Positions 44,849-56,813 of a stretch of DNA of 64,000 bases are shown here, one piece after another. Below the pieces are notes generated by a model that was not told the origin of the DNA, ran no database searches, and saw nothing but the letters and a program-made list of their open reading frames with translations. The stretch is from positions 160,001 to 224,000 of the forward strand of contig CAVPOM010000005.1 in the NCBI GenBank assembly GCA_963707025.1. The letters are read 5' to 3'. The stretch comes from an uncultured Verrucomicrobiae bacterium. GTDB taxonomy: Bacteria; Verrucomicrobiota; Verrucomicrobiia; Limisphaerales; Palsa-1400. Position numbers and translations under genes: made by a program. Position 1 is the first letter of the stretch. Each line of letters opens with the position of its first letter.

Positions 44849-45124
44849 ATGAAAACCAGTGACATCCAGAAGCCAGACGCGACGAAGCAGATTATTCTTT
44901 CAGCCTTCGCGGTGATTTTCTTTTGCTTCATCTTACCATTTTGCAGCTTGCCGATGCGTTCAGCCGGCGGAGCCATTTTGTTCACGGTTTATTTTTGGCT
45001 TTTCTCAGGCAGCTTACGCAGCCGCAGCGGTTCACTGACGCCAGCGTATTTTTTGGCGGCGTTCATCTGGCTTTGCGCGATAGTAGTCGGCGTTCTGTGT
45101 TTTCTAGGCGCTGTCGAGTTATGA
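44849..45124 (+). CDS. Cassette 6: small membrane protein
   Basis: 91 aa, three hydrophobic segments. Confidence 0.7.
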   Translation: MKTSDIQKPDATKQIILSAFAVIFFCFILPFCSLPMRSAGGAILFTVYFWLFSGSLRSRSGSLTPAYFLAAFIWLCAIVVGVLCFLGAVEL

Positions 45125-45133
45125 CGACTTGCT

Positions 45134-45290
45134 GCCTAACACCGCGCTGGAGCCAACGCCGACTGCCCCTTCCACCTTCGCCAAGGCTACGGTGGACAGG
45201 TGAGTTTATGGATGGTTTGAGTTATACAACGATTATCGAGCTTGCGGAGCCACTCCCCGGTCGGCGTGGCTCAGCTTTGGATCGTTAGGC
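45134..45290 (+). other. attC (long type, 157 bp)
   Basis: Near-identical to 42644-42800. Confidence 0.9.
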
Positions 45291-45334
45291 ATCATTTCAC
45301 CACAAACATAAACGTCAACAAATGGAGATTGAAT

Positions 45335-45628
45335 ATGAAACTGAACATTAGGGCATTCGCGCTGACATGCGGCACACTCTGGGCGCTGGGGCTGTTTTCT
45401 CTGACTTGGTGGCTCATCGCATTCGGTGGTTCCACCGGAGAACTCACATTCATCGGCAAGGTGTATCTTGGTTACACAGTTTCGCCGTTTGGCAGCGTGA
45501 TTGGATTGGTATATGCGTTCTTCGATGCTTTGATTGGCGGTGCGATTTTTGCGTGGCTCTACAACAAGATGGCATCTTGTAACAAGATGACGGGTTGCGG
45601 TGAGGATAAGAAGCCGACCCAGCCATGA
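45335..45628 (+). CDS. Cassette 7: small membrane protein of a putative-holin-like family
   Basis: MKLNIRAFALTCG.LW...YLGYTVSPFGSVIGL...D...GAIFAWLYN. Confidence 0.7.
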   Translation: MKLNIRAFALTCGTLWALGLFSLTWWLIAFGGSTGELTFIGKVYLGYTVSPFGSVIGLVYAFFDALIGGAIFAWLYNKMASCNKMTGCGEDKKPTQP

Positions 45629-45629
45629 T

Positions 45630-45786
45630 GCCTAACACCGCGCTGGAGCCAACGCCGACTGCCCCTTCCACCTTCGCCAAGGCTACGGCGGACAGGTGAG
45701 TTTATGGACGGTTTGAGTTATACAACGATTATCGAGTTTGCGGAGCCACTGGCCCGTCGGCGTGGCTCAGCTTTGGATCGTTAGGT
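45630..45786 (+). other. attC (long type, 157 bp)
   Basis: Third copy; ends GTTAGGT. Confidence 0.9.
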
Positions 45787-45879
45787 GCTTTGACATTATG
45801 AACATTATTCGCACCAGGATTATTGCCTTCTGGCTGTCGTTTTTGCTTTTCTGTTTTTTGCTCTGGATTTCCTGTGGCA

Positions 45880-45951
45880 GGGGTCACCCATACTTTTGCC
45901 CAATTGTGCAAGGACCCGTCTCATTTGTTGGGCAAAAGTATGGGTGACCCC
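45880..45951. repeat. Perfect 24-bp inverted repeat element interrupting cassette 8
   Basis: GGGGTCACCCATACTTTTGCCCAA-N24-TTGGGCAAAAGTATGGGTGACCCC. Confidence 0.85.
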
Positions 45952-46081
45952 CTTGACCCCTTGACTGTGCCATGCTTAGGGGCTCACTGCCGTACGTACG
46001 GCACGTATTTATCCCTTGTCCTGCTTTCCCCTTTGCCTCCTCTGACTTCTCGATGCCTTGCGAGATTAAAGCGCTTGGCTC

Positions 46082-46204
46082 GTAATGCGTCAGTGACGGC
46101 GGGACTGGGGAGGTGGGGTCGCCTCGCCGAGGCGACCGCTCCGGCGAGAATCTCCAGCGGACGGCTCGGCGAGCCGTCCCTACCCTCCGTGACTGAGGCA
46201 TTAC
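46082..46204. mobile_element. 123-bp MITE, copy 1
   Basis: Ends GTAATGCGTCAGTGACGG / CCGTGACTGAGGCATTAC; 8-bp flanking duplication CTTGGCTC. Confidence 0.85.
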
Positions 46205-46256
46205 CTTGGCTCTGACGTCTCCTGTACTTCTCCCGCGCTCTCAGAACAGCGAGCCT

Positions 46257-46372
46257 TAGAGCAATTTCATGAAGACTGTAGCCGCACGGAAGCCGACCAA
46301 ACGGCCTCCTCTCCCCGGCCCTCTCCTCCCGAGGAGGAGAGGGAGGAGTTTCGTTTTGGCTACATCATTTCT
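46257..46372. mobile_element. IS630-end-like MITE remnant carrying a CCTCTCCC-type hairpin
   Basis: TAGAGCAATTTCATGAAGACTGTAGCC...GGCTACA; internal CCCTCTCCTCC-CGA-GGAGGAGAGGG. Confidence 0.55.
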
Positions 46373-46406
46373 TAATCCGCTCCAGCCTTATCCTACCTCA
46401 GTTAAT

Positions 46407-46529
46407 GTGATGCGTCAGTGACGGCGGGACTGGGGAGGTGGGGTCGCCTCGCCGAGGCGACCGCTCCGGCGAGAATCTCCAGCGGACGGCTCGGCGAGCC
46501 GTCCCTACCCTCCGTGACTGAGGCATTAC
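46407..46529. mobile_element. 123-bp MITE, copy 2
   Basis: Near-identical to copy 1; flanks CAGTTAAT/CAGTTAAG. Confidence 0.85.
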
Positions 46530-46766
46530 CAGTTAAGGTTCTTCTTGCTTTGGGGTACGGGGAGAAGAACATTAACTGAGGCAGGGGTCCCGGCAGGCCG
46601 GACTGCCCTCCCTACCAACCGTGACCGGACGCATCGGCGTCAAGCGCACACCCGGTAAATCCAGGAGAAGCGCCAGGGGTCATGTCCCAGTCTTAATCCC
46701 AATCTTAATCCTAATCCTAATCTCTTCTTGACGCCATTTCTCATTTTACGAAAGAGATTAAGATTA

Positions 46767-47770
46767 GAGCGTTTCCATAAATGATATAGCTTGACTGGGG
46801 CGAGAGGGCTGGCAGGCTTGAGCCATGCGAGCGATACCCGTGTCTGCGCGCGAGCGCATCCTGCAACTCTATGAACAAGGCAAAAGCACCCGCGAGATCG
46901 CGGACTTTTTCGGCTTTTGCGTGGCGGCGGTGCGCCGGGTCCGGCAGCAGTTCCAAGAGCGCGGCACGCTCCAGCCGCAAACCCATTTGTGCGGGCGCAA
47001 AACGCTGCTGAACGCCGGACGCCAGGCTCGCCTGCAAAAGCTGGTGGCGGCCCAGCCCGACGCGACGTTGGCCGAGTTGGGGGCGCGTCTGGACCGCCCT
47101 TTCGGGACCTCCACTGTGGATTTGTGGCTGCGCAAACTGGGGTTGAGCTATAAAAAAAACGCTCTGCGCCGCCGAGCAGAACCGTCCGGACGTGGCCGAA
47201 AAGCGGGCCCATTGGCATGAGCGTCTGGCAAGTGACCCACCTGCCCGACTGGTCTTCGTGGATGAAAGCGGGGCCAACACCAAGATGACCCGTTTTTGCG
47301 GGCGGTCACCCGTGGGCCGAAGACTGGCGGCCCACGTCCCGCAGGGACATTATCAGACCACCACCCTGGTCTGCGCCATTCGTCTGGCCGGGCCTGCGGC
47401 CCCCTGCCTCTTTGAGGGGGCCATGGACGGGGAAATGTTTTTGGCCTGGATCCAGCAGGGGCTGGTGGTGGAGTTGCGCAAGGGTGACTTGGTCATCATG
47501 GACAACTTGGCCACGCATAAGGTGACCGGAGTCCGCCAAGCCATCGAAGAGGCCGGGGCAACGCTGCTGTATCTGCCGCCCTATTCGCCAGACTTTAATC
47601 CCATCGAAAATATGTGGAGCAAGGTCAAACAAATTATGCGAGGTCTCGCGCCGCGAACCGCCAAGGAACTGCTCCAAGCGGCGAAGATTGCCTTTGAAGC
47701 CATCTCCACCGCCGATTGCCGGGGCTTCTTTTTAAACGCCCGCTACGCTACATGATTTATGGAAATGCTC
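46767..47770 (+). mobile_element. IS630-family insertion sequence
   Basis: TIRs GAGCGTTTCCATAAATGATATAG / CTACATGATTTATGGAAATGCTC; TA duplication at both ends. Confidence 0.95.
46825..47755 (+). CDS. IS630 transposase, two ORFs joined by a frameshift at the A8 run near 47152
   Basis: HTH ORF plus FVDESG / MDNL / PDFNPIE DDE ORF. Confidence 0.92.
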
Positions 47771-47830
47771 TAAGATTAGGATTAAGATTAAGAATTAGAT
47801 TAGGTCACTGGCGGGCGGGTGGAGATGGTC

Positions 47831-49220
47831 TCAAGGCGGGAGCGACAGCGAGATGGGCTTTTCCCGCGGCGGAGTCGCGCCGGCGCGCGCGGCGCGGATA
47901 TTTGCCTCCAAATCCATCAGGCTGAGGCGGCGCTGCGCGGAGAAGGCATGGGTGCTTTGCGGATAGCGGCGGACCAGCCGTTCCATGGTTTCGCGGCCTT
48001 TCTGCAGGTCGCCCTGATACTTGATCTGCCAGGCCGCCATCAAGGCCAGCCACTCGGCGGCCTGAGCGGCGGAGGCCTCCGGCATGTTCAAAAGCAGTTC
48101 CATCTGCTCGAGGGCCGCGCCCACCTGGTCCAGGCGTTCGGCCAAAATCCGGGCCAGTTCTTCCCGCACCGCCATGTTGTCGGGGTTGGTTTGGAGCTGT
48201 TGCACGCAGTCGTTGGCCCGGGCGGCCGCTTCTTTCCGCTCGGCGGGCGAGGCGGGCAGGCGGGCGGCATGATCCAGGTGCCGGCCCAGCACGGGGAGCC
48301 GGAATGATTTGGGGGTTCGCCGGGCGATGACTTCTTCCCGGCTGGCGGGCAGTTGCTGGATGCGCCGCCGGGCCATCCGGCCCATGTGGGTGTCGGGGAA
48401 ACGCCGGCAAATCTCTTCCAGGGCATCCCGCGCCGCCACCGGGTCGTTGGCCAGTTGCAAGTGCCAGTCGGCCAATTGATTGAAGGCCACGCAAACCTCG
48501 GAGGGGTTGGCCGTCTCCTGCGCGCAGGTGTCGCGGATGATCCGGTCCGCCCCGGCCAGATCGCCGAAGTGATTGGCGTAAAGCCCGGCCAGCATCAGCC
48601 AGCCGGTGAAATCATCCTCCGATTTATCCAATTCCTCGAGCACGGCCGCTTCGGCTTCCTTGTACTTGTCACCGTGCATTTTGACCACGGCGCGGTGATA
48701 GGCCGGCCCGGTTTTCTCACGAAAAGCCAGCGGAATAACCCGTTGCACCATGGGCCACAGCCAGACCACCCCGGCCACGCCCGCGGCGGTCGCGCCATAA
48801 CCCCAGAGGATCAGGGCGGCCAGCGGCACCAGGAAAAAGGACATGCCCAGCACGATGTGTTTGAATTGCCCGGGGTCCGCCGCCTGCCGCCCCAGCGCCG
48901 CCAACAACCATCCCAAAGTGGCGGCCGCCCAATAAGAACTGATGATGAAGAAGCCGGTCCCCGCCACCGCGACGTAGGCCTGCAGCGTGGCCAGACCGGG
49001 CGGTGCCGCCTGAATTTGCAGGAGCAGCGGTGGAAAGTTCTCCGACAGCCCGGCATTGCAGATCAGCCAGATCATGACCGGCGCGGCCAATCCCTTGATG
49101 GCCCAGAGGCGGAGCCAGCGGCGCAGCTCCGCCGCCTGCGCATTGGGCAGCCGCCCCCACAAATTGGAAGCCGGCATCCAAACACCGGCGGCGAGCACGA
49201 TGACGCCAAGCAAAACCATC
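47831..49220 (-). CDS. Membrane protein with C-terminal TPR-like region
   Basis: About 5 TMs followed by helical repeats; start uncertain. Confidence 0.75.
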
Positions 49221-49317
49221 TTGAAATTTATGATACACGATTTTCCCCGGAAGAGCACCTCCTGTTTTTGTCGAATGCGCTTTTGGTTTTTGCGGAGGCG
49301 GCCATAATGGGCGGGGA

Positions 49318-50688
49318 ATGAAACTGCATCGCCTGGCATGGGTGGCGGGGATGGCCGGTTTGCCGCTGTCGCACTACTGGCTGGTCGCGCAAACCGAGCC
49401 TTTCTATTCGTCCATTTATTGTTTCCTGTGGTGGTCCTGCATCGGGGCGCTGGATTTTGCCGTTTATTGTCTGCGCGGCCATTCCCTGCTGCGCGATCAG
49501 CCGCGGGAGTTTTTGTTTCTGGCCATTTGGTCGGTGCCGGTGTGGCTGATATTTGAGCTGGCCAACCTGCGCCTGCACAATTGGTATTATGTGATGGCCC
49601 CGGCCAGTTTGACGTGGGGGACCCTGTTTCTGGTTCTGGCCTTCGCCACCGTGCTGCCCGGCCTTTTTGAAATGACGTCGCTGCTCCTGGCGCTGATGGA
49701 GAAATTCCTGCCGGGCGGAAGCATCCGCGGACGGCCCTTTTCCGTCAACGGCCCGGGCATCGGCCTGCAACTGGCCTTGGGAGCGGCCATGCTGGCGCTG
49801 CTGCTGATCTTTCCCGGCCATTGTTTTTGTCTGGTGTGGGGCTTTGCCTACTTTCTGACCAACCCTGTCTGTTACTGGCTTGGGCGCCGGGAGAAAAATC
49901 AGGCGGGCCGCAGCCTGCTCGGCCAGTTGGCGGCGGGCGACAACACCCGGCTGGTGGCGCTGCTCCTGGCCGGATTCATTTGCGGCGGGCTTTGGGAGGC
50001 CTGGAACTTCGGCGCGCGCACCAAGTGGATTTATTCGGTCCCTTACTTTGACGAGCTGAAACTGGGCGAAATGCCGGTCCTGGGGTTTTTGGGATTCCCA
50101 CCCTTCGCGCTGGAATGTTACGCGCTGGTCAATTTTCTGGGCCTGCTGCGGGACGGGCGCAATTGGGAATTGAGCGCGGCGGAAAACGGCGCGCGCCGCG
50201 GCATGCCCGGCTGGGGCGTGGCCCTGGCCGCGATGTTGCTGCCACTGGGCCTTGGCGCCGGGGCCGCTTTGATCGTCGAGCGGACGGTGGCTTCTTACGC
50301 CGCGCCGCTGGACTGGTATTTTTCCGGGGAGCTTGGCCCGGAAGGCGTCGAGGCCCTGCGGGAAAGGCACGCCTTGCAAGGAAATCAGTTCCTAAAATTG
50401 AAGGAGCGCCCGCCCGGCATGGATGCGGCCTTGTTTGCCCGGCTGCGGCGCGTCGCGGCGCTGGGGGAATTGAAGGGAATGGGGCTGGCCAACGCGCTGG
50501 CGCTGGAACGGTTGGGCATCCACGAGGTGGCGGATCTGGCGCGGCGCGATCCGGCGGAATTATTCTCCCGGCTCGTTGCGTTGCACCAGAATGTGCGGGC
50601 CGAAGAGGTCCGGCTTTGGGTAGGCCAGGCCCGGCGCAACCTGTTGCCATCGCCGCCGGCCCTCAAGGCAGATTGGTCGAACCCATGA
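49318..50688 (+). CDS. Conserved polytopic membrane protein with C-terminal HhH/DUF4332-like domain
   Basis: [50 protein letters not shown]. Confidence 0.75.
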   Translation: MKLHRLAWVAGMAGLPLSHYWLVAQTEPFYSSIYCFLWWSCIGALDFAVYCLRGHSLLRDQPREFLFLAIWSVPVWLIFELANLRLHNWYYVMAPASLTWGTLFLVLAFATVLPGLFEMTSLLLALMEKFLPGGSIRGRPFSVNGPGIGLQLALGAAMLALLLIFPGHCFCLVWGFAYFLTNPVCYWLGRREKNQAGRSLLGQLAAGDNTRLVALLLAGFICGGLWEAWNFGARTKWIYSVPYFDELKLGEMPVLGFLGFPPFALECYALVNFLGLLRDGRNWELSAAENGARRGMPGWGVALAAMLLPLGLGAGAALIVERTVASYAAPLDWYFSGELGPEGVEALRERHALQGNQFLKLKERPPGMDAALFARLRRVAALGELKGMGLANALALERLGIHEVADLARRDPAELFSRLVALHQNVRAEEVRLWVGQARRNLLPSPPALKADWSNP

Positions 50689-52144
50689 GAAAACGGTCGC
50701 ACTCGCGCGCGGCGCCGCGGCCTTCGTTGAAGGCCCAGACGACCAGGCTCTGGCCGCGCCGGGCGTCGCCGGCGGCAAAGACGCCCTTGATGTTGGTGGC
50801 GTATTTTTCAAAGGCCGCCTTGACGTTGGAGCGGGCGTCGCGCTCGACGGCCAGTTGTTCCAGCAGGGGTTGTTCCGGCCCCAAAAAGCCCATGGCCAAA
50901 AGCACCAGTTGCGCCGGCAGGACTCGATCGGTTCCGGGAACTTCCTTGGGCACAAACTGCCCTTTCTCATTGCGCTGCCAGTCAATTTGCACGGTCTGGA
51001 CCGCTTTGACCCGCCCGTGTTCGTCGCCATCGAATTTTTTGGCGGTGGTCAGATAAACCCTGGGGTCGGCGCCGAATTTGGCCGCCGCTTCCTCCTGGCC
51101 GTAGTCCAGCTTATAGACCTTGGGCCATTCCGGCCACGGATTATCGCGGGCCCGCTCCAGGGGCGGGCGGGGCAGGATTTCCAGTTGCGCCAGGCTGCGG
51201 CAACCGTGCCGCAGGGCGGTGCCGACGCAATCGGTGCCGGTGTCGCCCCCGCCGATGACGATGACGTCCTTGCCGGCGGCGGAAATGGGGGGAGGTTTGT
51301 GGTGGCCATTGAGCAGGGTTTGGGTGTTGGCGTGGAGAAATTCCATGGCGAAATGGACGCCGGGCAGAAGCCGTCCCTCGACGGGCAGGTCGCGGGGTTG
51401 GGTCGCGCCGGTGCAGAGGATGACGGCGTCGAATTCCCGCAAGAGCCTGTCCGCCGGATAATTTGCGCCCACCTCGGTGTCGGTGAGGAAGGTGACGCCC
51501 TCCTCCTCCATTTGTTTGACACGGCGCAGCAGCAGCTTTTTGTCCAGTTTCATGTTGGGAATGCCGTACATGAGAAGCCCGCCAATGCGGTCCGAGCGCT
51601 CGAAGACGGTGACCAGATGGCCCGCGCGATTGCTCTGGGCGGCGGCGCAGAGGCCGGCTGGGCCGGAACCGACCACCGCCACTTTTTTGCCCGTGCGCCG
51701 GGAGGGGGCCTCGGGCTGGATCCAACCCTCCTCCCAGCCTTTGTCGGCAATGGCGCATTCGATGTTTTTGATGGTGACGGGCGGAGAGGTGATGCCCAGG
51801 ACGCAGGAACCTTCGCAGGGAGCTGGGCAGACGCGGCCGGTGAAGTCGGGGAAATTATTGGTTTTGTGCAGGCGGTCCAGGGCCTCGCGCCACAGCCCGC
51901 GGTAAAGCAGGTCGTTCCATTCTGGAATGAGGTTGTGGATGGGGCAGCCGGAAGCCATGCCGTTGAGGAGGCTGCCGGTGTGACAAAACGGAACACCGCA
52001 ATCCATGCAACGGGCGCCCTGCTCGCGCAGTTTGGATTCGTCGAGGCGGTGGTGGAACTCGTGCCAGTCGTGGATTCGTTCCAGGGCCGGGCGGTCCAGC
52101 GGCAATTCGCGCAAGTATTCCAAGAATCCGGTCGGTTTACCCAT
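50663..52144 (-). CDS. gltD: Glutamate synthase small subunit
   Basis: [41 protein letters not shown]. Confidence 0.97.
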   Translation of the reverse strand: MGKPTGFLEYLRELPLDRPALERIHDWHEFHHRLDESKLREQGARCMDCGVPFCHTGSLLNGMASGCPIHNLIPEWNDLLYRGLWREALDRLHKTNNFPDFTGRVCPAPCEGSCVLGITSPPVTIKNIECAIADKGWEEGWIQPEAPSRRTGKKVAVVGSGPAGLCAAAQSNRAGHLVTVFERSDRIGGLLMYGIPNMKLDKKLLLRRVKQMEEEGVTFLTDTEVGANYPADRLLREFDAVILCTGATQPRDLPVEGRLLPGVHFAMEFLHANTQTLLNGHHKPPPISAAGKDVIVIGGGDTGTDCVGTALRHGCRSLAQLEILPRPPLERARDNPWPEWPKVYKLDYGQEEAAAKFGADPRVYLTTAKKFDGDEHGRVKAVQTVQIDWQRNEKGQFVPKEVPGTDRVLPAQLVLLAMGFLGPEQPLLEQLAVERDARSNVKAAFEKYATNIKGVFAAGDARRGQSLVVWAFNEGRGAARECDRFLMGSTNLP

Positions 52145-52190
52145 GTTTGGTTGGCGGCTTCATGGCGGGGGTTGAGCGTCCGGTTTTGGC

Positions 52191-55100
52191 TTATCCGCCG
52201 CCGATGCGGGCCAAGTCGCGGGCATTGGCGGAAAAGGCGGCCATGACCGCTTCTTCGCCGCTCAAGCCGGCTTGCTCGGCGCTGGCGATGGCCTGGAGCA
52301 TGCGCTTGTAATCCTTGGGCATGACCTTGACGAATTTGGGGGTCATGTCCTCCCACAAGGCCAAAACTTTGAAGGCCCGCTGGCTGCGGGTGTGCTCTGC
52401 ATGACGATGAATCATCTGGCGGATTTGCTCGATCTCGGCCGGGTCTTCCAGCCGCTCCAGGGCCACGCCCTGCGGGTTGCAGTGCCGGGCAAAATCGCCG
52501 GCCTCGTCCAGCACGTAAGCCACGCCCCCGGACATGCCGGCGGCGAAGTTGCGTCCGGTGGAACCGAGCACGACCACCCGGCCGCCGGTCATGTATTCGC
52601 AGCCGTGATCGCCCACCGCTTCCACCACCGCGCTCAGGCCGCTGTTGCGCACGCAGAAGCGCTCGCCGGCCATGCCGCGGATGTAGGCCTCGCCCCGGGT
52701 CGCCCCGTAGAGCGCCACGTTGCCGATGATGATGTTTTCCTCCGGGACAAAGGTGGATCCTTCCGGCGGGTAAACAATAATTTTTCCCCCGGAGAGGCCC
52801 TTGCCCAGGTAATCGTTGGCGTCGCCTTCCAGGATGAAAGTCATGCCGGCCGGCAGGAAGGCGCCGAAGCTTTGCCCGGCCGAACCCTGGAATTGAATCC
52901 GGATGGTGTCCTCGGGCAAACCCGCCTGGCCATAGCGCCGCGTCAGTTCGCTGCCGACGATAGTGCCGACCACGCGGTTGACATTTTTAATGGGCAGGGT
53001 GACGCGGACCTTTTCGCCCCGAGCCAGCGCCGGCTGGCAAATTTTGAGGAGCAAGGTGTTGTCCAGCGCCTTGTCCAGGCCATGATCCTGCGCCTGCTGG
53101 CAGTAGCGGCCGACCGCCTCGGGCATTTTGGGCTGATACAGAATGTTGGTAAAATCCAGGCCGCGGGCCTTCCAATGCTCGATGGCTTCCCTGGGTTCGA
53201 GCAGGTCGGTGCGGCCGACCATCTCGGTCAATTTGCGGAAACCCAACTGGGCCATGATCTCCCGGACCTCCGCGGCCACGAAGCGCATGAAATTGACGGC
53301 ATGGGCCGGCTGGCCCGTGAAGCGTTTGCGCAGTTCCGGCTCCTGCGTGGCCACGCCCACCGGGCAGGTGTTGAGATGGCAGACGCGCATCATGATGCAG
53401 CCCAGGGCGACCAGGGGAGCGGTGGCAAAACCAAATTCCTCCGCCCCCAGCAGCGCCGCCACCACCACGTCGCGGCCGGTCTTGAGCTGGCCGTCGGTCT
53501 CCACCGCAATGCGGCTGCGCAAATTATTGAGTACCAGGGTCTGATGGGTTTCCGCCAGCCCCAGTTCCCACGGAATGCCGGCGTGCTTGATGCTGGTCTG
53601 GGGCGAGGCGCCGGTGCCGCCGTCGTAGCCGCTGATCAGCACCACGTCGGCATGGGCTTTGGCCACGCCGGCCGCCACTGTGCCCACGCCCACTTCGGCC
53701 ACCAGTTTGACGCTGATGCGCGCCCGCTGGTTGGCGTTCTTCAAATCGTGGATCAACTCGGCCAGATCCTCGATGGAATAAATGTCGTGGTGCGGCGGCG
53801 GGGAAATCAGCCCGACGCCCGGGGTGGCGTAACGCACCTTGGCAATCCAGGGAAAGACTTTCTGGCCGGGCAACTGTCCGCCCTCCCCCGGCTTGGCCCC
53901 TTGGGCCATCTTGATTTGCAGTTCCTGGGCGTTGACCAGATACCAACTGGTCACGCCAAAGCGGGCGGAGGCCACTTGCTTGATGGCGCTGTTCTTGGAA
54001 TCGCCGTTGGCTTCCAGCACGTAACGGGCCGGGTCTTCGCCGCCCTCGCCGGTGTTGCTTTTGCCCTGGATGCGGTTCATGGCGATGGCCAGGGTTTCGT
54101 GGGCCTCCTGGCTGATGGAGCCGTAGGACATGGCCCCGGTTTTGAAGCGCCGGACAATCGCCTCCACCGGCTCGACTTCCTCCAGAGGGACCGGCTGGGC
54201 CACGGGCTTCAATTCCAGCAAGCCGCGCAGGGTGCAGTGCTTTTTGGACTGGTCGTTGACCTGGCTGGAATAATTCTTGAAGGCCTGGTAATCGCCGTTG
54301 CGGCAGGCTTGTTGCAGGGCATGGACCGTTTGCGGATTGAAGAGGTGGAACTCCCCATCCGCCCGCCATTGATATTGGCCCCCGGCTTCCAGCACCGAGC
54401 CGTTGACCTGGCGGCCGGGAAAGGCCTGTTGATGGCGCGCCTGCACCTCGCGCGCGATCACCTCCAAACCAATCCCGCCCACCCGCGAAGCCGTCCCGGT
54501 GAAATACTTTTCAATGACCGACGGATGCAACCCGATGGCTTCAAAGATTTGCGCGCCGCGATAGCTTTGAATGGTGGAGATGCCCATCTTGGAGGTGACC
54601 TTGACCACGCCTTTGACGGCGGCCTTGACAAAATTCTTGCAGGCGTCCTTGTGCTTGATTTTGGTGAGCAAACCCTGGCGGATCATGTCGTCGAGCGTTT
54701 CAAAGGCGACGTACGGATTGATCGCTCCCGCCCCGTAGCCAATGAGCAGCGAAAAGTGATGCACCTCGCGCGGCTCGCCCGATTCCAGGACCAGCCCGAC
54801 CCGGGTGCGCGTGCCTTCCCGAATCAAATGATGATGCAGTCCCGCCACCGCCAGCAGCGCCGGAATGGGCGCCAATTCCGGGTCCACGCCGCGGTCGGAC
54901 AGAATGAGGATGTTGGCGCCCGACTCGACCGCGCCGCTGGCGCAGAGGCACAAATCGTCCAGGGCCTTGACCAGCGCCGCCTCGCCGTCGCCGGCCTTGA
55001 AGAGAATGGGCAGGGTGAAGGATTTAAAGCCGGCCTGGTTGATGTACTTGAGCTTGGCAAATTCCTCGTTGGTCAGAATGGGCGTTTTCAGCTCGAGCAA

Positions 55101-56813
55101 ATTGCAGCTCATCGGCTTGGGCTTGAGCAAATTGCGCTCCGAGCCGATGGTGGTTTCGGCCGAGGTGACCAGTTCTTCGCGGATGCAATCAATCGGCGGA
55201 TTGGTCACCTGGGCAAAGAGTTGCTTGAAATAATTGTAGAGCAGTTGCGGCTTGTTGGACAACACGGCCAGGGGCGTGTCGGTGCCCATGGAGCCGACCG
55301 CTTCAACCCCGTCGCGCGCCATCGGGGCCATGATGATGCGCAGGTCTTCAAAGGTGTAACCGAAGGCCTGCTGCCGTTGCAGCACGGTCTGATGCGACGG
55401 TTCGGGGGCATGCACCGCCTCGGGCACGGCCGCCAGTTCGAGCATGTGTTTGTTGAGCCATTCCCGGTAAGGCTGTTCGCCGGCAATCGTCCGCTTGATT
55501 TCCTCGTCGGCCACAATCCGCCCCTCCTCCGTGTCCACCAGGAACATCCGCCCCGGCTGCAGCCGCCCCTTGCGCAGCACCCGCTCCGGCGGCACCTCCA
55601 GCACGCCCACCTCGGAGGCCATGATGACCAGGTCGTCCTTGGTCACATAATAGCGCGAGGGCCGCAGCCCGTTGCGGTCCAGCACGGCGCCGATTTTTTT
55701 GCCGTCGGTAAAGGCAATGGAGGCGGGGCCGTCCCACGGCTCCATCAGGCAACTGTGGTATTCGTAAAAGGCCTTTTTCTCCTCGCTCATCGTGGCGTGG
55801 TTGGTCCAAGGCTCCGGAATCATCATCATGACGGCGTGGGGCAGGGAGCGTCCGGCCAGCACCAGCAGCTCCAGGCAGTTGTCAAACATCGCCGAATCGC
55901 TCCCGTCCGGGTTGATCACCGGCAGGAGCTTGGGCAGGTCGCTGCCGAAAAGGTCGCTCTGGAACATGGCCTGGCGGGCGTGCATCCAGTTGATGTTGCC
56001 GCGCAGGGTGTTGATCTCGCCGTTGTGCGCGATGTAGCGGTAGGGATGGGCCCGGTCCCAGCTCGGAAAGGTGTTGGTGCTGAAACGGGAGTGGACGAGC
56101 GCCAGCGCGCTCTCCATGGCCGGGCTGGCCAGGTCGGGATAATACTGGTCCATCTGCTCGGTCAGGAGCATGCCCTTGTAAACCAGGGTGCGCGCCGAAA
56201 GACTGGAAATGTAAAAGGAATGCCCGCCGCGCACCGTGCCGTAGCGGATGGCCCGCTCGGCCCGCTTGCGGATGACGTAGAGCTTGCGCTCGAAGGCCAG
56301 GTCATCGGTCAGCTTGGGGTTGCGCCGCAGGAAGGCCTGCTGCACGAACGGCTCCCCCGCCCTGGCTGTCTCCCCCAGGCTCGCGTTGTTGGTCGGCACC
56401 ACCCGCCAGCCCAAAAACTTTTGCCCTTCTTCCACGACGATGTTCTCAAACATCTTTTCGCAGGTGCGCCGTTCATTGCCGTCGCGCGGCAGGAAGACCA
56501 TCCCCACCCCGTAATCGCCCAGCGGCGGCAGCTTGATCTTCTCCTTGCGGCAGACCTCCTTGAAGAACCCGTGCGGGATCTGCATCAGAATCCCCGCCCC
56601 GTCCCCGGTGTTGGCCTCGCAGCCGCAGGCCCCGCGATGATTCAAATTGATCAGAATGGTCAGGGCGTCGCGCAGGATCTGGTGCGATTTCTTTCCCTTG
56701 AGGTTGACGACAAAGCCCACCCCGCAGGCCTCATGCTCATATTGCGGGTCATAAAGACCTTGTTTCGGAGGCCATCCGGCCGGCGCTCCCGGCATTGTTG
56801 GTTGCTGACTCAT
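52191..56813 (-). CDS. gltB: Glutamate synthase large subunit
   Basis: [43 protein letters not shown]. Confidence 0.98.
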   Translation of the reverse strand: MSQQPTMPGAPAGWPPKQGLYDPQYEHEACGVGFVVNLKGKKSHQILRDALTILINLNHRGACGCEANTGDGAGILMQIPHGFFKEVCRKEKIKLPPLGDYGVGMVFLPRDGNERRTCEKMFENIVVEEGQKFLGWRVVPTNNASLGETARAGEPFVQQAFLRRNPKLTDDLAFERKLYVIRKRAERAIRYGTVRGGHSFYISSLSARTLVYKGMLLTEQMDQYYPDLASPAMESALALVHSRFSTNTFPSWDRAHPYRYIAHNGEINTLRGNINWMHARQAMFQSDLFGSDLPKLLPVINPDGSDSAMFDNCLELLVLAGRSLPHAVMMMIPEPWTNHATMSEEKKAFYEYHSCLMEPWDGPASIAFTDGKKIGAVLDRNGLRPSRYYVTKDDLVIMASEVGVLEVPPERVLRKGRLQPGRMFLVDTEEGRIVADEEIKRTIAGEQPYREWLNKHMLELAAVPEAVHAPEPSHQTVLQRQQAFGYTFEDLRIIMAPMARDGVEAVGSMGTDTPLAVLSNKPQLLYNYFKQLFAQVTNPPIDCIREELVTSAETTIGSERNLLKPKPMSCNLLELKTPILTNEEFAKLKYINQAGFKSFTLPILFKAGDGEAALVKALDDLCLCASGAVESGANILILSDRGVDPELAPIPALLAVAGLHHHLIREGTRTRVGLVLESGEPREVHHFSLLIGYGAGAINPYVAFETLDDMIRQGLLTKIKHKDACKNFVKAAVKGVVKVTSKMGISTIQSYRGAQIFEAIGLHPSVIEKYFTGTASRVGGIGLEVIAREVQARHQQAFPGRQVNGSVLEAGGQYQWRADGEFHLFNPQTVHALQQACRNGDYQAFKNYSSQVNDQSKKHCTLRGLLELKPVAQPVPLEEVEPVEAIVRRFKTGAMSYGSISQEAHETLAIAMNRIQGKSNTGEGGEDPARYVLEANGDSKNSAIKQVASARFGVTSWYLVNAQELQIKMAQGAKPGEGGQLPGQKVFPWIAKVRYATPGVGLISPPPHHDIYSIEDLAELIHDLKNANQRARISVKLVAEVGVGTVAAGVAKAHADVVLISGYDGGTGASPQTSIKHAGIPWELGLAETHQTLVLNNLRSRIAVETDGQLKTGRDVVVAALLGAEEFGFATAPLVALGCIMMRVCHLNTCPVGVATQEPELRKRFTGQPAHAVNFMRFVAAEVREIMAQLGFRKLTEMVGRTDLLEPREAIEHWKARGLDFTNILYQPKMPEAVGRYCQQAQDHGLDKALDNTLLLKICQPALARGEKVRVTLPIKNVNRVVGTIVGSELTRRYGQAGLPEDTIRIQFQGSAGQSFGAFLPAGMTFILEGDANDYLGKGLSGGKIIVYPPEGSTFVPEENIIIGNVALYGATRGEAYIRGMAGERFCVRNSGLSAVVEAVGDHGCEYMTGGRVVVLGSTGRNFAAGMSGGVAYVLDEAGDFARHCNPQGVALERLEDPAEIEQIRQMIHRHAEHTRSQRAFKVLALWEDMTPKFVKVMPKDYKRMLQAIASAEQAGLSGEEAVMAAFSANARDLARIGGG

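Noticed and set aside
45335..45628. Prophage inferred from the holin-like gene
   Set aside because: The gene is an integron cassette; no structural or lysin genes in the window
42644..45786. Recurrent repeats read as a CRISPR array
   Set aside because: Repeats are 99-157 bp with RYYTAAC/GTTRRRY ends, separated by whole genes; no cas genes: they are attC sites
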